Shown in pieces: positions 9,864 to 18,767 of a stretch of 64,000 bases of DNA. The stretch lies in NCBI GenBank assembly GCA_965267345.1, contig OZ253947.1, positions 398,665 through 462,664 of the forward strand, given 5' to 3'. The DNA comes from Minisyncoccota bacterium. GTDB taxonomy: Bacteria > Patescibacteriota > Minisyncoccia > Phycocordibacterales > UBA2100. Every line of letters begins with the position of its first letter. Positions within the stretch are counted from its first letter, which is position 1. Under the pieces are notes generated by a model, which had not been told where the DNA came from, ran no database searches, and saw only the letters and a program-made list of their open reading frames with translations. A program made the position numbers and the translations under genes.

Positions 9864-11018
9864 ATGTTATCGGTACACCACACCGCATGTGGCAGCACTG
9901 GCGAAGTGCTCGATCGTGCCTTGGACGCTATTGAATTTTACGGGTTTACACCACTCGAAACCCTGTTGAAAGAGTATAAGCCGTCGCGCAGCCCAAAACA
10001 GACCGCCTCACCGACACTCGCTCTGTCCGCTGAGCGCAAACTTGCCTCACTCACCAAAAACCTCGTCGCGCACGGCTTTGCAAAAGAGACACTCCCGCGT
10101 TTTGCATACAATATTGATGCAAACAAGCAGTCGGTGACACTCGGCATGCACACCGTCGGCAGCGACGACCCCATTGCCGAGGGCATGCTTCTTGCCACAC
10201 TGGCAACAACGCTCCGCGAAAACGGTATCAACGATTTCACCGTACACCTCAACAGCGTCGGTGATAAAGAATCAGCGGCGCGCTTTGTGCGCGATCTTAC
10301 TGCTTTCCTGCGCACGAAACTCAACGACATGCCAAGCTACGCACGCGACGATATGTCCGGCGGCAACCCCGTCCGTGCATTTCTGCGCCTTGCCGAGAAA
10401 CAGCACGAACTTATTGCTGACGCACCAAGTGCGATGGAGTACCTCAATGACGAAAGTCGCGTGCACTTACGCCATGTGCTCGAATATCTGGAAAACATGA
10501 ACGTGCCGTATGAGCTCAACAGCACTGTGGTCGGCAGCCCTGAATGCTGGCGCCATACCATTTTTGATGTACGCATCCCGACTGAAGAAGGTGACGTGAC
10601 CGTCGCGCACGGTGGCCGTCATAACGCACTCGCACAAAAAGCGTACCGTCTTGAATTGCCGGCCGTCAGCGTCCTTATCGATCACGAAACGCGCGGGCGC
10701 ACGAAACCGAAGCGCCGCAGTCAGCATCAGCCGAAATTCTTCTACGCGCACCTCGGACCACAAGCACGACTGCAGAGCTTTAACGTTTTGGAGAACCTGC
10801 GTACTGCGGGCATTCCCGTCGCACAGATGCTTGCTGCACCAACCATTGGCCTCCAGCTCGAACAGGCGGAACGCTCTGCAGTGCCCTACACGATTATCAT
10901 TGGTCACAAGGAAGCACTCGAGCACTCGGCAATCGTGCGCAATATGCACTCGCGCTCGCAGGTGGTGGTGCCGATTAATCACCTCTCAGGGTACCTTAAG
11001 CGACTCAAAGTGGTGTAG
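9864..11018 (+). CDS. Histidyl-tRNA synthetase-like paralog (HisS/HisZ-like, degenerate)
   Basis: HLNSVGDKES, GGRHN motif-3-like, C-terminal HGTP-type anticodon-binding domain; ATG at 9864. Confidence 0.7.
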   Translation: MLSVHHTACGSTGEVLDRALDAIEFYGFTPLETLLKEYKPSRSPKQTASPTLALSAERKLASLTKNLVAHGFAKETLPRFAYNIDANKQSVTLGMHTVGSDDPIAEGMLLATLATTLRENGINDFTVHLNSVGDKESAARFVRDLTAFLRTKLNDMPSYARDDMSGGNPVRAFLRLAEKQHELIADAPSAMEYLNDESRVHLRHVLEYLENMNVPYELNSTVVGSPECWRHTIFDVRIPTEEGDVTVAHGGRHNALAQKAYRLELPAVSVLIDHETRGRTKPKRRSQHQPKFFYAHLGPQARLQSFNVLENLRTAGIPVAQMLAAPTIGLQLEQAERSAVPYTIIIGHKEALEHSAIVRNMHSRSQVVVPINHLSGYLKRLKVV

Positions 11019-11112
11019 CCGTTGATTCACTTGCATTATTTTTCTTTTGTGGTCTAATGCTTTTGCATCGTCGCGTGGTGCGACGTGTCACCGAGAGAAC
11101 GGAGGTTATCTC

Positions 11113-11274
11113 ATGCGTTATCCGAATCTGCACTCTCCGCCGGCGACCGCCAGCGGTACTGGGATGAAGAACGCCATGACGATCGTCGGCCCGCTGGGTG
11201 CCGGCTTGACCAGCGGCGACGCCGCGCACATCGGGCTCGACCCGGCCGCCGGCAGCCCGCCGGTCGACTGCTAA
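11113..11274 (+). CDS. Small Gly/Ala/Pro-rich peptide (53 aa)
   Basis: GGAGG Shine-Dalgarno at 11101, ATG at 11113, followed by two hairpins. Confidence 0.5.
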   Translation: MRYPNLHSPPATASGTGMKNAMTIVGPLGAGLTSGDAAHIGLDPAAGSPPVDC

Positions 11275-11329
11275 CCTAACCTCGGCGCCACTCACTTGAT
11301 GCTCTGACGAGCGTCCGGTGAGTGGAAGT

Positions 11330-11368
11330 CGCCCCCAACCTTACGAGGTTGGGGGCGCATTTCTTTTG
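11330..11368 (+). terminator. Intrinsic terminator
   Basis: CGCCCCCAACCT-TACG-AGGTTGGGGGCG followed by T-rich tract. Confidence 0.7.
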
Positions 11369-11404
11369 CACTCTCGTGGCTTCTGTGCTAGAGTTTTCCG
11401 CACT

Positions 11405-11656
11405 ATGGCAGTAAACGTAGAAGTAACCAAAGGAACAAACGAAAACACAAACGCAGTGTTGCGCAAATTCACGCAACGCATGCGCAGTTCGGGTATTGTG
11501 CAGCGTATGCGCAAAATTCGCTATCGCTCACGCAAGCCTTCGAAGCTGGTGCAGCGTCAGAGCGCACTGCGCAAACTTGACCGTCGCGAAGACATTGAGC
11601 GACAGGTAAAAGAAGGGAAGCTTGCCGCAAACCCGCGTGACCGACGCCGCCGCTAG
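11405..11656 (+). CDS. rpsU: 30S ribosomal protein S21 (CPR-type)
   Basis: ENTNAVLRKFTQRMRSSGIV, highly basic, upstream of ybeY. Confidence 0.7.
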   Translation: MAVNVEVTKGTNENTNAVLRKFTQRMRSSGIVQRMRKIRYRSRKPSKLVQRQSALRKLDRREDIERQVKEGKLAANPRDRRRR

Positions 11657-11658
11657 GC

Positions 11659-12048
11659 ATGGACACCCATTTTGATATTACGCAAACGACACGTGACGCT
11701 CTACCGCGCGTGTCGTTTTCTCATATCAAAGACGCAATCCTCGGATCGCGCTATGAGCTCTCACTTGTACTCATCGGCGACACACTTGCGCGACGCCTCA
11801 ATCGTGAACACAAAGGCAAAGATACGCCGACCAACATTCTCTCATTCCCTCTTTCGCCCACTGAAGGTGAGATCTTCATTAACCTCCGCCGTGCTGAGCG
11901 CGACGCAAAGCATTTCGGCCACACACCGACCCAACACATCGCCTTTCTCTTTATTCACGGCTGCCTGCATCTCAAAGGACGCGAACATGGCGCTGCGATG
12001 GAGCGTAAAGAAGAGGCACTTTTTCAAAAACTCGTACTACAGCAGTAA
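11659..12048 (+). CDS. ybeY: rRNA maturation RNase YbeY
   Basis: DTPTNILSF, IHGCLHLKGREH. Confidence 0.93.
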   Translation: MDTHFDITQTTRDALPRVSFSHIKDAILGSRYELSLVLIGDTLARRLNREHKGKDTPTNILSFPLSPTEGEIFINLRRAERDAKHFGHTPTQHIAFLFIHGCLHLKGREHGAAMERKEEALFQKLVLQQ

Positions 12049-12103
12049 CGTTGTCCGCACATAGCTCATTGAAACGGCGCCGTTGCAGGGCTACAATGGC
12101 GTT

Positions 12104-13261
12104 ATGCGCAAAGATGTCGTAGTGGGTATTGATGTGGGCACCTACCACGTAAAAGTGGTGATCGCTGAAGTACCCAAAAACGGCAATCCCCCACACATTA
12201 TCGGCACCGGCTCAGCCGTATCACACGGCGTGCGCCACGGCTACATTGTCGCCCAGAAAGATGTGATCGAGAGTATCGGCAAAGCTGTCGCCCAGGCCGA
12301 GGAACAAGCAGGCGTTAAAGTTGAACGCGCGTACCTCTCTATTGGCGGTGTTGGTTTGGAAGACATTCACTCGCGCGGCGAAGCGATCGTTGCGCAGGCA
12401 AATTCAGAAGTGAGCGATATTGATACCGATAACGCCCTTGCCGACGCCGAATCAAAAATCGAGGGCAACCTTACGAATCGCAAAATCATTCACGCGATTC
12501 CCGTGAGCTACCAACTCGACGGCCAAGCCATCATCGGACGCCCTGTTGGCATGCGCGGCTCAAAAATTGAAGTCGACGCGCTTTTCATCACCATTATCGA
12601 ACAGCACCTCAACGACCTCGTTGCCGCAATTGAAGAAGTAGGTATCGAAGCAATCGACATCATGGCAGCACCTGTGGCCGCCAGTTTAGTGACGCTCACG
12701 AAGCAGCAAAAGATGGTGGGGTGTGTGCTCGCCAACATCGGCGCTGAGACGATCTCCGTTATTGTCTTTGAAGAGAACACGCCAATCTCACTCAAGGTCT
12801 TCCCGATCGGCTCAACTGATATCACGAACGACATTGCACTTGAATTACGCATTCCGCTTACGGAAGCCGAGCAGGTCAAGCGGGGTGTCGTCACCGGCTC
12901 GTCAGTACCTCAGCGTCGCGTCGACGACATTATGGCAAGCAAACTCAAAGAGATGTTTGCCTTCGTGCAGAATCACCTGAAGAACATCGAGCGCGCCGGT
13001 TTGCTGCCGGCCGGCATTATTCTCACCGGTGGCGGCAGTGGCATCGGCATTCTCGAAGACCATGCCCGCGGTGCACTTAAGCTCCCCGCCGAGATTGCCG
13101 GGTTGCACTTAGGGCAGCAGCGTCTCAAAGACGCCACGTGGGCTGTTGCGTACGGTCTGTGCATTTGGGGCGCATCGACGGAAACCGACACTATCGGTAT
13201 CGAGAGTGCGCGCGCGGCGGGAGCTCGTGTTCTTTCATGGTTTAAGCAGTTTTTGCCGTAA
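12104..13261 (+). CDS. ftsA: Cell division protein FtsA
   Basis: GIDVGT, DITNDIA, LTGGG; directly upstream of ftsZ. Confidence 0.95.
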   Translation: MRKDVVVGIDVGTYHVKVVIAEVPKNGNPPHIIGTGSAVSHGVRHGYIVAQKDVIESIGKAVAQAEEQAGVKVERAYLSIGGVGLEDIHSRGEAIVAQANSEVSDIDTDNALADAESKIEGNLTNRKIIHAIPVSYQLDGQAIIGRPVGMRGSKIEVDALFITIIEQHLNDLVAAIEEVGIEAIDIMAAPVAASLVTLTKQQKMVGCVLANIGAETISVIVFEENTPISLKVFPIGSTDITNDIALELRIPLTEAEQVKRGVVTGSSVPQRRVDDIMASKLKEMFAFVQNHLKNIERAGLLPAGIILTGGGSGIGILEDHARGALKLPAEIAGLHLGQQRLKDATWAVAYGLCIWGASTETDTIGIESARAAGARVLSWFKQFLP

Positions 13262-13388
13262 CTTCACTTTGGCAGGCGTGCCTGCTATGATACGGACATT
13301 AGTGCGTGACCGAGCGGGTCTGCGGGTGTCAATCGACACGCGCTGCGACCGCCTATTGTCAGAAAAACAGTAACAAGAAAAACACATC

Positions 13389-14657
13389 ATGAAGCAAGTA
13401 AAACCGGAAGTTGAAGCATTTGCCCGCATTCGCGTTGTCGGTGTCGGTGGCTCAGGAAAGAATGCCATAAATCACATGATCGACTCGAAAGTGCAGGGTG
13501 TCGACTTCATTGCCATCAACACCGATGCGCAGGATTTGCACTACTCGAAAGCGAAAAAGAAAATTCACATTGGTAAAAACCTGACACGCGGTCTTGGCAC
13601 CGGTATGAATCCTGAACTGGGCCGTCGTGCTGCTGAGGAGACAAAAGAAGAAATCCACGAGGCTCTGAAAGGCTCGGATATGGTCTTTGTGACGGGCGGC
13701 ATGGGTGGTGGCACCGGTACGGGTGCAGCGCCCGTGGTTGCGCAGATTGCCCGTGAATCGGGTGCACTGACGATTGGTATCGTCACCAAACCATTTTCAT
13801 TCGAAGGACAGCAGCGTGCGCGCCTCGCCGCTGACGGTATTGCGAACCTCCAGTCACAGGTAGACGCACTCATTATGATCCCGAACGACCGCCTGCTCAC
13901 GACGGTCGACAAAAACACCGGCATCAAAAATGCGTTTGCGATGTGTGACGACATTTTGAAGCAAGCCGTTGAAGGTATTTCTGACCTCATCACCACTCCG
14001 GGTATCATTAACGTCGACTTTGCCGACATCCGTGCTGTTATGGAATCTGCCGGCTCAGCACTCATGGGTATCGGCACCGCCGCCGGTGAGAGTCGCGCAA
14101 CGAAAGCCGCACAGGCTGCCATCCAGTCGCCACTGCTTGACGTTGCTATCGACGGCGCAACGGGCGTACTGTTTGCCATTGCCGGCGGTGATGACCTCTC
14201 GATGCTTGAAGTACAAGAAGCAGCAACAACCATCACCAACTCAGTTGACCCGGATGCACGCATTATCTTTGGCGCTATCAGCGACAATTCACTCAAGAAG
14301 GGCGAGATCAAGATTACCGTTATCGCGACGGGCTTCCCTGAGGACAACAAGCCGCAGATGACTACTGAAGAGCCGCGTCGTTCGCTCTTCGGTGGCCGCA
14401 CTGAGGAACCGGAACCGACACCGGTTGATGACACACCACCCGCAGTCGAAAAGACTACAGAAGCTGAGGACGAGCCCGTCATTCCAAAGATGCGTCGTCC
14501 TGAGCCAAAGACGCCGACATCACCGGCACCGCGCAAGAGCACGGCACAGCCAAAGAAAGCTGCTGAAACAAAGACGCAGGACGAACCCGATGACGACGAT
14601 GACGATAACGACTGGGGTGCGATTCCGTCGTTCCTGCGTCGCTCAAAGCTCAAATAG
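13389..14657 (+). CDS. ftsZ: Cell division protein FtsZ
   Basis: [16 protein letters not shown]-terminal IPSFLRR. Confidence 0.98.
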   Translation: MKQVKPEVEAFARIRVVGVGGSGKNAINHMIDSKVQGVDFIAINTDAQDLHYSKAKKKIHIGKNLTRGLGTGMNPELGRRAAEETKEEIHEALKGSDMVFVTGGMGGGTGTGAAPVVAQIARESGALTIGIVTKPFSFEGQQRARLAADGIANLQSQVDALIMIPNDRLLTTVDKNTGIKNAFAMCDDILKQAVEGISDLITTPGIINVDFADIRAVMESAGSALMGIGTAAGESRATKAAQAAIQSPLLDVAIDGATGVLFAIAGGDDLSMLEVQEAATTITNSVDPDARIIFGAISDNSLKKGEIKITVIATGFPEDNKPQMTTEEPRRSLFGGRTEEPEPTPVDDTPPAVEKTTEAEDEPVIPKMRRPEPKTPTSPAPRKSTAQPKKAAETKTQDEPDDDDDDNDWGAIPSFLRRSKLK

Positions 14658-14660
14658 TGC

Positions 14661-14749
14661 GGTTGGTAGTTTATAGTTGGTAGTTTATAGTTACAGGAGT
14701 GCTTCGGCACTCCTTTCTCATTTTCCTATCACTACTAACCACCAAAACC
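14661..14749. repeat. Heptamer tandem array, terminator hairpin and imperfect inverted arm
   Basis: GGTTGGT AGTTTAT AGTTGGT AGTTTAT AGTTACA; GGAGTGC-TTCG-GCACTCC; CTATCACTACTAACCACC. Confidence 0.7.
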
Positions 14750-14750
14750 T

Positions 14751-15668
14751 ATGTACGACATGATTATCATTGGCGCCGGACCGGCAGGAACCACGGCAGC
14801 CGTATACGCGGCGCGCAAGCGCCTCAAGACCGTGCTCATCACACAAGAATGGGGCGGGCAGAGTAATGTCTCAGCTGATATCCAAAACTGGATTGGCACG
14901 CCGCATATTTCAGGCGACGAGCTTGCACAAAGCTTTGAGGCGCACGTAAAGGAGTACGCAGACGACGTCGTTGACATTGTCTCCCCTGCTCGTGCCACAG
15001 GCGTGGCGCGCAGTGACAGCGGCTTTATCGTCACCACCGACAAGGGCGAAACCTACGAAGCACTGACCATCTTTCTTGCCGTCGGCTCGCAGCGACGACG
15101 CCTTCCGGCGAAGGGTGCCGACGAATTCGAGCACAAAGGACTGACCTACTGCGCGACGTGTGACGGTCCCCTCTTTAGTGGTCGCGACGTTGCCGTCATC
15201 GGCGGCGGCAACGCCGGTTTTGAAACCGCAGCACAACTGCTCGAGTACGCGAAAAGTGTGACGTTACTTGAGTACAATGAAGACTTCGTTGCCGATGAAG
15301 TGACCGTCGAGAAGCTACAAAAGAATGACAACTTCACCGGCATCACAAACGCCGAAACAACTGAAATCCTTGGTGAGCAGTTTGTCACCGGTCTCACCTA
15401 TAAAGACCGTGTGTCGGGTGAGGAGCATACGCTCGACGTCGGCGGTGTCTTCGTTGAAATTGGCATGATTCCAAATACCGACATCGTTGCCGATCTAGTT
15501 GAGCTCAATGAGCGCAAGCACATCAAAGTTGACCCGTACACGCAACAAACAACAACAGAGGGTATCTGGGCTGCCGGCGACTGCACTGATGTGCTCTACC
15601 ACCAAAACAACATCGCTGCCGGTGACGCAGTCAAAGCACTCGAAAACATGTACGGCTATCTGCGCTAA
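14751..15668 (+). CDS. Thioredoxin reductase / AhpF-like FAD disulfide oxidoreductase
   Basis: GAGPAG, CATCDG, GGGNAG, AAGD. Confidence 0.92.
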   Translation: MYDMIIIGAGPAGTTAAVYAARKRLKTVLITQEWGGQSNVSADIQNWIGTPHISGDELAQSFEAHVKEYADDVVDIVSPARATGVARSDSGFIVTTDKGETYEALTIFLAVGSQRRRLPAKGADEFEHKGLTYCATCDGPLFSGRDVAVIGGGNAGFETAAQLLEYAKSVTLLEYNEDFVADEVTVEKLQKNDNFTGITNAETTEILGEQFVTGLTYKDRVSGEEHTLDVGGVFVEIGMIPNTDIVADLVELNERKHIKVDPYTQQTTTEGIWAAGDCTDVLYHQNNIAAGDAVKALENMYGYLR

Positions 15669-15686
15669 AGCTACCTACCCCATACG

Positions 15687-15724
15687 AAAAAACCCGCGCG
15701 GCGAACGTGCGGGTTTTTTGTTTT
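15687..15724. terminator. Bidirectional terminator
   Basis: AAAAAACCCGC...GCGGGTTTTTT between convergent genes. Confidence 0.7.
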
Positions 15725-15742
15725 CGTAAATGAAGTGTCACC

Positions 15743-16582
15743 CTATGCACTGTAACGCATGCGTGTGTAGAGCATCCATGCTCCGACTACCGATGCGAGA
15801 AGTGTTGCAATCAGGACACTAACGTAGGCAGCGTCATTGGTGCCGGTGTAGGGCACTTGTGAGAGCGATACCGTGTTGTAGGTCGCCTGTGGGCCGTACC
15901 CGTACCCCGTGTTCATATATGGTGACGTGTAGTTGTACGGTGCGTAGGTGTGCATGTAGCTGGTCGGTACCACATCAGCGCTACATGTGCGTATCGTACC
16001 ATTACCCCACTCTGCAGTCATGGTGTATGTCTCAGGAACGGTACTCGCAGGGACAATGCGCGATCCCTCACGGCTCACTGTGCCAATGCCGTGGTCAATC
16101 CAGACACGGTCAGCGTTGAGCGCCTTCCATGAGAGTACTGCGGTACCACCCTGCGTGACGTAGTCAGGGCTCACTGAGAGTGAACACTGCTCATCGTAGG
16201 TGTGATTGGTGTTGTACAACCACGGCTGGGTGAGGTGTGGGTACGATGACACGGGATGTGCCACTGCAGTACAGGTGGTGCTGCCGGCGTCGCCGACTGC
16301 AGTAAGGGTGTACACCGTAAGCTGATTTGGGTACACCACAGTTGAGTCCGCGTCGCCAACAATACCGAGCGTGGTAATATGCACGCTTCGCGCATTCGTT
16401 GCCTTCCATGAAAGCGTCGTCCCGCCGTTGTTGTCAGGCTGGATGATCGTATTAAAGACACACGTTGGCGCCGGTGCTGCCTCTGATGCCGTTGGCATTG
16501 CGGTGACACCGAATGCAACAAACAATACCGCAACGACAACGCCGCGCGTGAGATGAGTAAAGCGATTCATAGTGTTGTTCAT
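15743..16582 (-). CDS. Secreted surface protein with two beta-rich repeats and a VPYTG-TM-basic tail
   Basis: Signal peptide; two LSWKA.NA..V.I..GIG.V repeats; VPYTG, hydrophobic stretch, RMR. Confidence 0.7.
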   Translation of the reverse strand: MNNTMNRFTHLTRGVVVAVLFVAFGVTAMPTASEAAPAPTCVFNTIIQPDNNGGTTLSWKATNARSVHITTLGIVGDADSTVVYPNQLTVYTLTAVGDAGSTTCTAVAHPVSSYPHLTQPWLYNTNHTYDEQCSLSVSPDYVTQGGTAVLSWKALNADRVWIDHGIGTVSREGSRIVPASTVPETYTMTAEWGNGTIRTCSADVVPTSYMHTYAPYNYTSPYMNTGYGYGPQATYNTVSLSQVPYTGTNDAAYVSVLIATLLASVVGAWMLYTRMRYSA

Positions 16583-16729
16583 ATTAATAACAAAGGCTCT
16601 TCGTCATAAAAGAGCCATATTCCTACACACTGAATGTGTACTACTCCTAAGAGCAGTGCACAACAGATTTTGTGATTATAATACACTATGAAGCAGTATG
16701 TCAATGGTTAGACCGGACACCTCATGCTC

Positions 16730-16804
16730 TGGTGCGCGATGCAAGAATTGAACTTGCGACCTCTTCGATGTCAACGAAGCGCTCTACCACTGAGCTAATC
16801 GCGC
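16730..16804 (-). tRNA. tRNA-Val(GAC)
   Basis: Cloverleaf GCGCGAT...ATCGCGC ACCA; anticodon loop TTGACAT. Confidence 0.95.
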
Positions 16805-16841
16805 ATGCGAGGGCGTATAGTAGCGTGACCCTTCCCCTACT

Positions 16842-17342
16842 TCAAGTGTGTTTTGGAGCAAAGTGTCGTCGGATGAGGTGTTGGATCCCGGCAATGACAA
16901 AGATCGCAACGATGTAGGCAATGAGGAGTGTGAGAAATGAGTACGGCGGTCGGTGCATCACACCAAGAATGGTCGCACCCCACCATGACGTAAATGACAC
17001 TGCGGCACCGAGCCACAGTGGCACCCAGCGTTTAGTAAGCGCAATGGCATTTGCCACAATAGCCACAAACATGATGTCTTTAACCTGAATTTTCGCACTG
17101 GTGATCACCCAGTCATTCCCCTGCGCCAGATGCCACCAGACGAGTGCGAGCCCTGAGAGAATGATGAGCGCCATACCCACGCGAATGGTCGTGTAGTTTG
17201 CGTGCATGAGCGCACGCTCGCTCGAGTCCACCTTGCCGTCGCGCAGTGCCTGAATAATCTGCACTTCGGCAATGGTAGCTCCTCCAACACCGAGAATAGT
17301 GCCGGCAATATGTCCGAATACCAGTAGTGTGTGTAGGTCCAT
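16842..17342 (-). CDS. Hypothetical multi-pass membrane protein
   Basis: About 5 TM helices; HIAGTILGVGGAT. Confidence 0.7.
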   Translation of the reverse strand: MDLHTLLVFGHIAGTILGVGGATIAEVQIIQALRDGKVDSSERALMHANYTTIRVGMALIILSGLALVWWHLAQGNDWVITSAKIQVKDIMFVAIVANAIALTKRWVPLWLGAAVSFTSWWGATILGVMHRPPYSFLTLLIAYIVAIFVIAGIQHLIRRHFAPKHT

Positions 17343-17418
17343 ACGGATATTGTACACGGTTATGACAACACCACGCGTGCCAGTGTGCATTACTGTTTTG
17401 AGTTGATATACTCGCACT

Positions 17419-18270
17419 ATGCGCGAATCATTATCGAAATCGTACGATACCATAGGTGAGAAAATCGATGAGAAACTGGCAACACTGCCTCCTGAAATTG
17501 CGGAACAATGGGAGCAGAAGCATGGCCATCTCCCCGCCCAAGAACAGCTCGACGATTTATCACTTTTTTTGCAACGGCGCCAAAATGCACTACGTCACGA
17601 ACACTCCATCAACCAGAAGCCTGAACGCATCGAAACGCTCCACCTCCAGCCTCTGGCGATCGCACAGGTACTCAAAAATATCGAGCAAGGTGACTACGCA
17701 GAACTCGGTGCTGGGCGTGCTGGGCGTGTTATCGCATCGGTGCGTCAACCTGATGTATGCTATAAAATAATGTTCCCGACGGACAGGACGCCACCGGAGA
17801 CAAACGAAATTGGAAAAGAAACCGATCTACAGGATACAATCAGTGAACTCGGTGAGATGCACGGAACTCGTGTACCGAAAGTCTTCTACTTCATCAAAGA
17901 TGGAGACACGCGCGCAATTGCAATGGAACGACTTGACGCAGTACCGCTTCAGGCAGCCCTTGACGGCACTGAAGCGTTTCCTGAGACGTTCGACCCCGAA
18001 CTATTTCTACAGGCACTCTCGCGCTACATTCGCGCACTGAATGAAAAAGGCTTTTATCATCGAGACCTACATGCAGGGAACATTATGATCGACAATGAAA
18101 CGGGTATGCCACGTGTTATTGATTTCGGCTCTGCCACGTTTACTCAGTTTCCAGACGAAGCGTATAGAAAGCGTGTCGTGAAAGGTGGACAAGAAGTAAA
18201 TATTGTGTTAAAATCCGACGTCAGAAGTCTTGAGCTTTTGCAGAACAAAATCCGTAAACGGTTTGAGTAA
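17419..18270 (+). CDS. Protein kinase-like (ePK/RIO/Kdo fold) phosphotransferase
   Basis: LGAGRAGRV Gly-loop, catalytic Lys in CYK, HRDLHAGN, IDFG. Confidence 0.85.
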   Translation: MRESLSKSYDTIGEKIDEKLATLPPEIAEQWEQKHGHLPAQEQLDDLSLFLQRRQNALRHEHSINQKPERIETLHLQPLAIAQVLKNIEQGDYAELGAGRAGRVIASVRQPDVCYKIMFPTDRTPPETNEIGKETDLQDTISELGEMHGTRVPKVFYFIKDGDTRAIAMERLDAVPLQAALDGTEAFPETFDPELFLQALSRYIRALNEKGFYHRDLHAGNIMIDNETGMPRVIDFGSATFTQFPDEAYRKRVVKGGQEVNIVLKSDVRSLELLQNKIRKRFE

Positions 18271-18289
18271 CTAACAGGAGTGCGTCGTC

Positions 18290-18508
18290 ATGGAAATGAC
18301 CAAAACGTTTCTGAAAAAAGCCAAGAAAGCATGCCGCGAGCTGAGCGAAGATCGGCTCCACGTTCCTCTGGAGGACATGGGCGGCTACTTTGTTGCAAAG
18401 AAAAAGACTTCTCTTCCCGAAGGAGCGAACATCATCGCAGAGGAACATGATAATGGCGAAAGCATTGTTATTTACTACTGCGATGAGTGCCCGAACGGGA
18501 CCGACTAA
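18290..18508 (+). CDS. Small hypothetical protein
   Basis: AGGAG upstream; followed by hairpin GCGAGCAGA...TCTGCTCGC and T-tract. Confidence 0.55.
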   Translation: MEMTKTFLKKAKKACRELSEDRLHVPLEDMGGYFVAKKKTSLPEGANIIAEEHDNGESIVIYYCDECPNGTD

Positions 18509-18767
18509 TATAGCGAGCAGATTCCCCCGACTCTGCTCGCTTTTTTATATCTTTGCAAAACGCGTCACTTCCTCCCCATCTACCATCACCATGCGCGAAA
18601 GCGCACCGGTGCACTTACGCGCGAAGAAGTTTCTGAATGTGATGATCAACGGAAGCGACCTCGAACATCCCACCACGACACATTGATAGCACTTATCGCT
18701 GAGCAGCCCGACCATCAGGACGATGCAGAATCATCCAGTCGACGCAAATGATGATAAAGTCCTCAGC

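Noticed and set aside
11113-11274. Lasso peptide biosynthetic cluster
   Set aside because: Only a weak precursor-like pattern; no cyclase, peptidase or RRE gene nearby. Kept only as an orphan-peptide finding.
13565-14710. Long antisense ORFs (also 23419-24384, 3179-4066, 61391-62332)
   Set aside because: Shadows of well-supported genes on the opposite strand, with no recognisable motifs.
18509-18767. Integrase remnant or attR at the left edge of the Gabija islet
   Set aside because: No copy of the tRNA-Glu 3' end and no recognisable recombinase fragment found.
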